Of a stretch of 17,541 bases of DNA, positions 7,331 to 14,293 are shown in pieces. The stretch spans positions 1 through 17,541 of the forward strand of contig JAZDIN010000010.1 of the NCBI GenBank assembly GCA_043804895.1. Reading direction: 5' to 3'. Source of the stretch: Candidatus Altiarchaeota archaeon. Lineage in GTDB: Archaea > Altiarchaeota > Altiarchaeia > IMC4 > SCGC-AAA252-I15. Position 1 is the first letter of the stretch. The number at the start of each line of letters is the position of its first letter. Made by a program: the position numbers and the translations under genes. The notes beneath the pieces are model-generated. The model was not told where the DNA came from. It saw only the letters and a program-made list of their open reading frames with translations, and did not search any database.

Positions 7331-7714
7331 ATGAAAGAGGAATTGAGCCGGCTTGTTGGTAGGGCTCGGAGGGATTCTTCTGTCCTGGCGGTGATGGTTT
7401 TCGGGAGCTTCGCGAGGGGTGAGCGGTACCGTGACTTGGATGTGTGCATGGTCCTTAAGCCTAAGCGTTACTCCGACCTCCAGTTGTCTGAGAAGAGGCT
7501 TGAGTACCTCTCTCACGTCGGCACCCCTGTTGACTTGCAAGTCTTCCAGCAGCTTCCATTGTATGTGAGGGAGCGGGTTTTCGGCGAAGGCAAGCCCCTT
7601 TACGTGAGGGACGAGTCCGCCCTCTTCGACTTGGCTGTTGATACTCACAGGTCATTCGAGGACTACAAGCCCATATATGAGGAGTATCTGCGAGGTGTCG
7701 CCGATGGCGGATGA
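7331..7714 (+). CDS. mntA: MntA-like minimal nucleotidyltransferase antitoxin
   Basis: 127 aa; VMVFGSFARGERYRDLDVC, VDLQVFQQLPLYV, EGKPLY; overlaps the downstream HEPN gene. Confidence 0.85.
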   Translation: MKEELSRLVGRARRDSSVLAVMVFGSFARGERYRDLDVCMVLKPKRYSDLQLSEKRLEYLSHVGTPVDLQVFQQLPLYVRERVFGEGKPLYVRDESALFDLAVDTHRSFEDYKPIYEEYLRGVADGG

Positions 7715-8156
7715 GAAGAGAATCCTCTCCAAGATAAGCGAACTGGACGGTTACCTGCGGGAGCTTGAGGAAGTCAGGCCTTCCGGTTTCAGGGAGTATG
7801 AGTCTTCTGTGGAGAAGAGGAGGAGTTGTGAGAGGCTTCTCCAGATTAGCATCGAATGTGTGGTGGACGTCTGCTCTCTTCTTGTGAAAGGATTGTCTGC
7901 CGGACTCCCCTCTGATGAAGACGACCTTTTCGTGAAACTGGGCGGGAAGAGGGTCTTCTCCAAGAGCCTTGTCGGTAAACTCAGGCAGATGAAGTCTTTC
8001 AGGAACATACTCGTCCACAGGTACGGTACCGTGGACGACCGTCTCGTATTCAAGTTCATCGAGGAGGACTCCAGCGACTTAAGGGAGTTCATAAGCCAGA
8101 CACTCAAGGCCTTGAAGAATCTGAAGAAAATCGGAGGCCGTGGGCGCAGACGATAG
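7704..8156 (+). CDS. hepT: HepT-like (DUF86) HEPN RNase toxin
   Basis: ATG 7704 preceded by GAGGTG; ERLLQISIECVVD; intact Rx4HxY motif RNILVHRY followed by GTVD; 150 aa. Confidence 0.88.
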   Translation: MADEKRILSKISELDGYLRELEEVRPSGFREYESSVEKRRSCERLLQISIECVVDVCSLLVKGLSAGLPSDEDDLFVKLGGKRVFSKSLVGKLRQMKSFRNILVHRYGTVDDRLVFKFIEEDSSDLREFISQTLKALKNLKKIGGRGRRR

Positions 8157-8194
8157 CTAGATTATACGGGGTTTTCCCCCTATTCTTTCGCTTT

Positions 8195-8262
8195 CACCAC
8201 ACGCCTGGCATAAACACGTATTCTGGCTTTCCTTACAGTGTCTTTATGGTTGTTCTCTCTGG
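8195..8262 (+). repeat. Intermodule direct repeat, copy R6
   Basis: CACCACACGCCTGGCATAAACACGTATTCTGGCTTTCCTTACAGTGTCTTTATGGTTGTTCTCTCTGG. Confidence 0.7.
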
Positions 8263-8327
8263 GGGCTTGCGTCCTTTTGTTTGTCTTGGAAAGTGAGAAT
8301 ATTCTCGTTTTTTGATACCGTGGTTTT

Positions 8328-9230
8328 TTAGGTTCGTATGACTGGTTTTACCTCGTATAATAATCCTTCAATCTCTCTTGTTAAGTTGTGTCTTCTGGCA
8401 GTTCTTCTGAGGTACTGGATGTCTGTTTCGTCTTTGTGCAGTAGCAGAAGCCATTTGCTGTGCTCCCATGCTTTTTCGGTGCCGTCGAGGAACATATGCA
8501 CTATCACATCCTCCATTGGGGCGTAGTCCCCTCCCTCATCTTTTATTCTGTCTTTTCCGGAGTATGCGTAGACTGTTGTTTCAGGCGGGATGAGGTGTAT
8601 CCCATAGTGGTCGAGTGCGCTCTCTGACGTGTACTTCCACCTGAGTTTTTTCTCGAGGATTTTGTTTTTCAGTTTTTCTATGTTGCCTGCCTTTAGTATA
8701 TACTCGTTGTCGCCTGACCAGGCGACCCATCCGTCAGACTCCTCTAAGTCGAATGGTGGGGTGATGGTTTTTGCCTCAAGGAGTGGTTTGAGTTCCCGGT
8801 ATGTTGGGCTGTCGCGGTTTATTGCGTAGGTGCCTGCGCCCATGTTGACGGCCAATCCCATGGATTGGAATACCCCCAGTTTAAGGTAGACTGTCCGCCT
8901 GGTCTTTTGTATCTCCTCAGCTATCTCCTCCACCCTCTTCTGCCCCTCGTTCAACGATTTTAGGATTTTGAACTCCGTCTCTTGGAGTATGTTTTCAAGC
9001 GCCAAATTAGGCTGTCTCCGAAGTAGCATCCGTATTGCTGTAGCATGGGGAGTCTGGCCTAGGCTGTAGTTCCATCCCTGCTTTTTAGCAAGCCCTAACT
9101 TATGCAGTTTGCTTAGGATTGTTGAGGCTCTGCCTATGCTCAGGTGCAGTTCAGCCGCTATTTCTGAGGTCTTTTTTTGGCTGTTGGCTAGGCTCTTCAA
9201 TGCTAGCACATCAGTTTTGTTTAATTTCAT
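8328..9230 (-). CDS. Tandem winged-HTH protein with C-terminal domain; probable regulator/antitoxin partner of the adjacent NTase
   Basis: 300 aa; two wHTH-like segments (TSEIAAELHLSIGRASTILSKLHKLGL; VEEIAEEIQKTRRTVYLKLGVFQSMGL); C-terminal TSESALDHYGIHL, MEDVIVH; TTTATTAA 22 nt upstream. Confidence 0.8.
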   Translation of the reverse strand: MKLNKTDVLALKSLANSQKKTSEIAAELHLSIGRASTILSKLHKLGLAKKQGWNYSLGQTPHATAIRMLLRRQPNLALENILQETEFKILKSLNEGQKRVEEIAEEIQKTRRTVYLKLGVFQSMGLAVNMGAGTYAINRDSPTYRELKPLLEAKTITPPFDLEESDGWVAWSGDNEYILKAGNIEKLKNKILEKKLRWKYTSESALDHYGIHLIPPETTVYAYSGKDRIKDEGGDYAPMEDVIVHMFLDGTEKAWEHSKWLLLLHKDETDIQYLRRTARRHNLTREIEGLLYEVKPVIRT

Positions 9231-9278
9231 ATATGTAATATGACATTATAAGTTAATAAATAATGCTCTTTTATTTCA

Positions 9279-9950
9279 CTACTGAAATAATCTGCTAATT
9301 TTTGTAGTGAAAGATGCTGGCGGAACAATACTGTGCGTCGTCCTAAGCGACGCAATAGACTGCCTGAAAAAAGCCCAATCCTCACGCTCAAGCTTCGAAG
9401 CCTGCCTAACAAACTCGTCAGCAACCACACCCCAATCAAAATCAGACCTAAGAATCAACCGCATATCATCTATGTCCCTGGGCCTGCCAGCCATCGCCTT
9501 AAACAGGAACACATCCTCTATTGAACAGATGCGGTTATCGAGTTTCCCGAGAACCTTATAGGGGCGGCTTCTCGAAACCATCTCGTCTGAGAACCTTATC
9601 TTTCCGCAAATCTGCTTCAGGAACAGGTCGATTCTCATCCTCGGCGGAATCTTCTCATGGATGCTACCTTCAGCGCGCTCCTCGAATATGCCGAAAGCAT
9701 TCAAGCCCAGATATTCCGGCTGGTTGACAATCTCAACCTCCATGAAATTTGAGTCAAACAATGCCATCCTGAAGGTTTCGACTTCGGCATCTGTCAGAAG
9801 GACCAAGTCGGTATCCTTCGTCGTCGACTTCAACCTGAGCGCGCACATGGCGTTCCCGCCTATGTGATACGCGGTTACGGGCTTCTTCAAATTGGCACCA
9901 ACCCTGCCAAGAACCGCCTCAATATACTCCAACCCATGCTGGTGGTCCAC
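9279..9950 (-). CDS. DUF6036-like nucleotidyltransferase (Pol-beta superfamily)
   Basis: YHIGGNAM..KSTTKDTDLV, RIDLF, EDVFLFKAMAGRPRDIDD. Start placed at GTG 9950 because GTTAATAA lies 22 nt upstream and the longer ORF-track extension overlaps AbiEii and repeat R7. Confidence 0.78.
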   Translation of the reverse strand: MDHQHGLEYIEAVLGRVGANLKKPVTAYHIGGNAMCALRLKSTTKDTDLVLLTDAEVETFRMALFDSNFMEVEIVNQPEYLGLNAFGIFEERAEGSIHEKIPPRMRIDLFLKQICGKIRFSDEMVSRSRPYKVLGKLDNRICSIEDVFLFKAMAGRPRDIDDMRLILRSDFDWGVVADEFVRQASKLEREDWAFFRQSIASLRTTHSIVPPASFTTKISRLFQ

Positions 9951-9990
9951 GAATACAAATTGAGAACAGCGATTATTAACAAAAAATGGC

Positions 9991-10053
9991 CGCCTGCATG
10001 GACATGCAATCAACTTTTCTTGCGGCGTCTTTTGGGGGTTGTTCGCTGCTGGT
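9991..10053 (+). repeat. Intermodule direct repeat, copy R7
   Basis: CGCCTGCATGGACATGCAATCAACTTTTCTTGCGGCGTCTTTTGGGGGTTGTTCGCTGCTGGT, ending directly at the stop codon of AbiEii (10054). Confidence 0.8.
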
Positions 10054-10854
10054 TTAGTTGTCTTTTTGTGGGTATTCGTTGAGGTATTTTTCTGCGTATT
10101 CGCGGGCTTTGAGTATGAGTTCGATGTCGTCTTCTTTGAAGAGGAAGGGCCTGACTTGTTGGGCGAGCCTGTTAAGTTCCTTCTCGTCAAGGCCCCTAAA
10201 GTGTCTTAGGATGCGTTCTTTGGGGTTTTGGATGTTGTTCGCCTCCAGTATGTCCTCGTCGAACGGGAATCTCCTCCTTAGCATGTGTAGTATGTCGTAG
10301 ATGTCGCGGCCTCTCTTCCTGCTTAGCATGGCGCAGAGTTTTTCGGTTATCAGCCCCGGGTTTGACATGAGGATTGCGGTGAAGTTATATCCGAATTTGC
10401 TCGTCACATGGGATTCGGTTTCTGTCGGCCATGGTGGGTTGTTGACTTCCACTTTGACTGTCATTGTCGCGCCTCTATCGTCTGTGATGCCATACTGGCT
10501 CATGATTTCCGTGAATTCGATGTTCGCTGTCATGAGCGTGTCTCTCCTCTTCTTCTGTGCGGTCGTGTTGAATCCTTCAAGCGAGAGCGCCTTCCCTACC
10601 TTCCCCAGTAAGTCCTCGAAGTCCTTCTCGCTCATCCTTTTAGTGTTGAAATCCAAGTCCTCTGAGAACCTTGGGAGGTTGTGGTAGAACCTGAGCGCCG
10701 TTCCACCGCAAAAGAACATCACCCTGCCGTACTCGCTCCGGTATATCGTGTCAAGTATTACTGTCTGCAGGTACTCCCTGATAATCGCCCTCTTCTTACC
10801 CGGCGGCAAGCCTATGATTTTCGCCTCCTCCATGAGGTATTCCATGTTCAGCAT
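10054..10854 (-). CDS. abiEii: AbiEii-family nucleotidyltransferase toxin (type IV TA)
   Basis: REYLQ, FCGGTALRFYHNLPRFSEDLDF, VKVEV, EKLCAMLSRKRGRDIYD. ATG 10854 overlaps the AbiEi 3' end with GAGGGGGTG upstream; GTG 10863 is an alternative start. Confidence 0.9.
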   Translation of the reverse strand: MLNMEYLMEEAKIIGLPPGKKRAIIREYLQTVILDTIYRSEYGRVMFFCGGTALRFYHNLPRFSEDLDFNTKRMSEKDFEDLLGKVGKALSLEGFNTTAQKKRRDTLMTANIEFTEIMSQYGITDDRGATMTVKVEVNNPPWPTETESHVTSKFGYNFTAILMSNPGLITEKLCAMLSRKRGRDIYDILHMLRRRFPFDEDILEANNIQNPKERILRHFRGLDEKELNRLAQQVRPFLFKEDDIELILKAREYAEKYLNEYPQKDN

Positions 10855-11471
10855 TCTATCCACCCCCTCAGTCTTTCCACCTCTAGGGTGGTTTTTTTGT
10901 TGAATAGTCCGGCGTATGCCCTCATCTTTTTCCAGTCGACTTTACCTACCGCTCTCCTGTCGAACCTCTCCTCGTCGTAGTCTATTGTGCCCTCATTTCT
11001 CAGCTTGTAGTATATGTAGTCGATGAGTGTTTTTTCCCTATCAGCCATCATGACCTTCTCCCCCTCATACCTTAGGATGTGGTATCCACTGTATGCTGTT
11101 TCCTTGCAACTTCGGTATGTGAAGAGGCCGTGTCTGTTCCTGTACTCGCGTGTCGGTTTTGTCGTTACTGAGGTGACTTGCGCCGTCACCTCCGGGATGA
11201 TGTTGTAGTATGAGAGCGCTGTTTCGAGTGAGACGTATGACGGCGTGTACAGTCTGTTTGCAATGTACAGGTCTGGGGTTTCCTTCCCTGAGGTGGCGTC
11301 CTCGTATATGCCACGCCTGAGTTTTCCAATGTATCCTCTACTCTGCCAGTTTGTGAGGTTGTTCTTCAGGGTTTTTCTGTTCGCGTCCGGGTATAGGTTT
11401 AGGATGTCTGCTAGGCTGAATATGGTTTGTTTGTTCTTCCTCAGTTTATTAGCCAGCCCAATGTATTTCAT
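10848..11471 (-). CDS. abiEi: AbiEi-family antitoxin
   Basis: 207 aa; KLRRGIY, IANRLYTPSYVSLETALSYYNIIPE, TSVTT, MADREKTLIDYIY. Confidence 0.88.
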   Translation of the reverse strand: MKYIGLANKLRKNKQTIFSLADILNLYPDANRKTLKNNLTNWQSRGYIGKLRRGIYEDATSGKETPDLYIANRLYTPSYVSLETALSYYNIIPEVTAQVTSVTTKPTREYRNRHGLFTYRSCKETAYSGYHILRYEGEKVMMADREKTLIDYIYYKLRNEGTIDYDEERFDRRAVGKVDWKKMRAYAGLFNKKTTLEVERLRGWIEC

Positions 11472-11473
11472 TT

Positions 11474-11493
11474 AGTCCTAATATAATGGGACT
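11474..11493. promoter_or_regulatory. Imperfect palindrome just upstream of abiEi (candidate operator)
   Basis: AGTCCTAATATAATGGGACT, 16/20 self-complementary. Confidence 0.5.
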
Positions 11494-11510
11494 TTAAGGA
11501 ATAAAAACGC

Positions 11511-11607
11511 ATATACTCCATATTAACCTGTCTTGGCTTTTCCTGCGGCGTCTCATTGGTTGTTCAGTGCAGGTGAACAAATGTGTTCATTGGTATGGAC
11601 AAGTTTA
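11511..11607 (+). repeat. Intermodule direct repeat, copy R8 (full length)
   Basis: TATTAACCTGTCTTGGCTTTTCCTGCGGCGTCTCATTGGTTGTTCAGTGCAGGTGAACAAATGTGTTCATTGGTATGGACAAGTTTA; TTGGCTTTTCCTGCGGCGTCTC is identical to R4. Confidence 0.88.
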
Positions 11608-11611
11608 TTGG

Positions 11612-11679
11612 AAATTGTATGCCGTCGACCGACAATTTTTGCATAAAATTGTATGGTGTCAACCGACAGTTTTCGCATT
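11612..11679. repeat. Two tandem 34-bp imperfectly palindromic units
   Basis: AAATTGTATGCCGTCGACCGACAATTTTTGCATA / AAATTGTATGGTGTCAACCGACAGTTTTCGCATT, 28/34 identical. Confidence 0.8.
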
Positions 11680-11710
11680 AAGTCGTCCTACTCAGAATAC
11701 TAAGCCTAAC

Positions 11711-12754
11711 CTACACCACACCTGGTATAAATCTATATTTGACTTTCTTGCAGTATCTTCTGTAGTCGGGGTCTCTTATTAGGTGACGTTCTTCGGTGAC
11801 GGCCCTCAGGAAGTATATCACTGACCAGAATGTCATGCCTGCGATTGCGGGTAGGTTGATGACCGGTATTATCGTCAGCCACCAGGCGAGGTTCTTTGAA
11901 ATATAAGCTGGATGTCTTATGTGGGCGTAGGGGCCTGTTGAGACGATTCCCCTGTTGGTGAGGTTGCTGGATTTCGTCCCCAATGCTAGTGTCGCCCACA
12001 GGTAAATCCAGAAGAGAAAGAGGGCGGCTGCCCTTGCGATGAGCGTCACCGTTGGGCTCCAGAATTGGACGAAATCGTTCGCATACCATGGAACGTACCT
12101 GCCGGCTAGTCCGTTGAACGGCGGATAACACACCAGCGCCACAACCCACCCGATGAGCGTCGGCTCCACAGACCTGACCTTGCTTTTGAGGAACTCGGCC
12201 TCGAACAAGTACCCGAAGCTGAAGTACAGGGTGTCTATGAGTAGGAAGAAGCTTAACCCAAATGGGAATATGATGTTGTTGAACGCGCCGGTGGTGAGGA
12301 AGTCGCCGGCTGACTCCACTCTCCCAAGTTGGTTGGCGACGTCATGGTAGTTCCCGAAGAGGAAGTTGAGCATAATCGGGATGTAAAAAAACTTCACCAG
12401 GGCGAATAGGATGGACGTCCTCTCCCTGTCCGTCAAAGACGGAGCCCTAACCTTAACGTCCCCAGGGAATCTCCTAACGTAATCCACTACTCCTGAGGTA
12501 ATCCTCCACAAGGCCTTCACTATCCTCAGCCCATGGCCTACACCCACCCTCCCATACGGGTAGAAGAGAGTGGCTGCGAGGCCGACTACTGTGTAAGCTA
12601 CCGCGAAAAAGTATATGGTCGCCAGCGTCTCCTCCCTGATGAACGTCTGATAGTAGCCGACGTTCGTGTAAACCCACAACACAACCCAGATGAACACAAG
12701 ATTACAAACATAATTCAACAAAGCAACATCACGACCAGACTCCCCCGAGGCCAT
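11711..12754 (-). CDS. Multi-pass membrane protein with isoprenylcysteine carboxylmethyltransferase (ICMT/PEMT)-family domain
   Basis: 347 aa with many hydrophobic helices; IVSTGPYAHIRHPAY, RAVTEERHL, YRRYCKKVKYRFIPG; TTATAA 24 nt upstream. Confidence 0.85.
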   Translation of the reverse strand: MASGESGRDVALLNYVCNLVFIWVVLWVYTNVGYYQTFIREETLATIYFFAVAYTVVGLAATLFYPYGRVGVGHGLRIVKALWRITSGVVDYVRRFPGDVKVRAPSLTDRERTSILFALVKFFYIPIMLNFLFGNYHDVANQLGRVESAGDFLTTGAFNNIIFPFGLSFFLLIDTLYFSFGYLFEAEFLKSKVRSVEPTLIGWVVALVCYPPFNGLAGRYVPWYANDFVQFWSPTVTLIARAAALFLFWIYLWATLALGTKSSNLTNRGIVSTGPYAHIRHPAYISKNLAWWLTIIPVINLPAIAGMTFWSVIYFLRAVTEERHLIRDPDYRRYCKKVKYRFIPGVV

Positions 12755-13039
12755 AATGAAGTTATTGACACCAGACGATTATAAGTCCTAATCGGCTTCA
12801 CAGTCACCTTGACTGCCAAGTAACAAGGTGCATGCGCATACTTCGTGGATAAAGTGCTTGGACAGATTTAGCGTCAAATCCTAACCTTCTCTACCCCAAT
12901 GAATACTCCATCAACGTCTAATCAGTTAAAGCCTTGAATAATGCCGGCTACGTTCCTGTGAGACCCTCCCCCGGATGGGTCACTTTACGTTATACGCCCA
13001 CTTAGACTAATATATATTCTCCTCCAATACTGTAATGGT

Positions 13040-14266
13040 ATGTCCTCAAGAGCATTAGCCCTCATCCTGGCATTACTGCTGCCGTCTTCGGTGTTTGCCG
13101 AGGCCTCCTCATCCGACACCACATTATCCGGCGCCCAAATAGCCGAGTCAACGTATGGTTTCCTCCAGAAGCTCGTTGATGAGGACATGCCTGCAGTACA
13201 ATCATACGACTGTAAAGACGGCGGATGCATCCCAGTCGACGAAAGCCGTTACACCCCCCAGCTTTTGGCCTGGAGTCTACTGGCTGACAGCAGCATGCAA
13301 AAGACCAAACCCAACGACCTATACTTGAACCGAATCAACACAAAAATGGACTACCTGATGAAAGCATGCTACGATGAGGTGAACAACTGCAGGGGCTATG
13401 AGATATACGTGAACGATGCGACTTGCATAGCCAGTATCATGCAGGTTTACGATGCGTATTCCATCACCAAGAAACCTGAACACAGGGACTTCCTTGTTGG
13501 CGTGGGCAGTTGCTCAACAGGCGCTACGATGAGTCTACCTATGATTGAGGCAATATACTCAAGGGAAAGCGCACTCATATCACAAATCCATCCCAATGTC
13601 AAAAAAGTGCCCTACTACAGTAGTCGTGCTAGACTTAGGCTCGGCTGGGCTGAAAGCAGGCTACCCCAGAGTCTCACACATTACCAGGACGGTGGTTTCG
13701 AGTTCAAGCAGAGCGCATGTTGGGTTCAGCTTGCGAAGCTTGAGCTTTACAAGGCTACGGGGAACGAGTCCTACCTCAGCCAAGTGAAAGAGTTCTTCGG
13801 GGGCGCTAAGCTGAACGAACACCTTTCAGGTGACCCCTCACTGTCGTTGAGTGTGCAGGATATCGGGTCTTGCAGTGAGTCCCTGTTGAACCTCTATGAC
13901 ATCACAAAGGATTCCGCATACAAGCGTGAGGCGCACTCCCTAAGTCAGTACCTGTTGGACAGGTACTGGGATTCGCCTTACAATGGGGTGGTTAGCGCAG
14001 ACGGGGGGTTCTTCGCAGTCCCATCGAATGTGCAGGAGAACAGGAAGCTGATTAGCGACAACGCCTACATAATCTACCTCTTCAACAGGCAGGCTGGTGA
14101 TTCCTTTAAGGTGGCGTCTGTGAAGGCGCCTTCCACTACGGTGTCTCCCGCGTCTGCGGCGCCTTCCCCCCTCTCGGGTGTGGGGTTCATAATCATCGTC
14201 ATCATCACCATAGCCATATTATACTTCCTATCCAAGAGTAACGTCTACAAGAAAGGCGGAGGATAG
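13040..14266 (+). CDS. Exported, C-terminally membrane-anchored protein, probably six-hairpin (alpha/alpha barrel; YyaL/SPATA20-like motifs)
   Basis: Signal peptide (LALILALLLPSSVFA); repeated helical-hairpin motifs AYSITKKPEH, LYKATGNESYL, LYDITKDSAY; YWD..GGFF; KLISDNA; S/A/P linker, TM helix and basic tail. The fold call is inferred from motifs. Confidence 0.7.
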   Translation: MSSRALALILALLLPSSVFAEASSSDTTLSGAQIAESTYGFLQKLVDEDMPAVQSYDCKDGGCIPVDESRYTPQLLAWSLLADSSMQKTKPNDLYLNRINTKMDYLMKACYDEVNNCRGYEIYVNDATCIASIMQVYDAYSITKKPEHRDFLVGVGSCSTGATMSLPMIEAIYSRESALISQIHPNVKKVPYYSSRARLRLGWAESRLPQSLTHYQDGGFEFKQSACWVQLAKLELYKATGNESYLSQVKEFFGGAKLNEHLSGDPSLSLSVQDIGSCSESLLNLYDITKDSAYKREAHSLSQYLLDRYWDSPYNGVVSADGGFFAVPSNVQENRKLISDNAYIIYLFNRQAGDSFKVASVKAPSTTVSPASAAPSPLSGVGFIIIVIITIAILYFLSKSNVYKKGGG

Positions 14267-14293
14267 CGTATACCCCTCAGGTGACATGCCATC

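Noticed and set aside
9951-10190. 80-aa N-terminal extension of the ORF-track 9279..10190 protein
   Set aside because: It overlaps abiEii out of frame and runs through repeat R7, and a TATA-like box supports GTG 9950 as the start.
322-11607. Repeats as a CRISPR array or canonical integron attC sites
   Set aside because: Spacing is gene-sized and the copies are degenerate. There is no clear RYYYAAC...GTTRRRY pair with a continuous stem, and no cas or intI gene in the window.
13040-14266. LanC-like cyclase acting on Cys/Ser/Thr-rich substrates
   Set aside because: The LanC zinc-ligand motifs (WCxG, CHG) are absent, the protein is exported, and no dehydratase is nearby.
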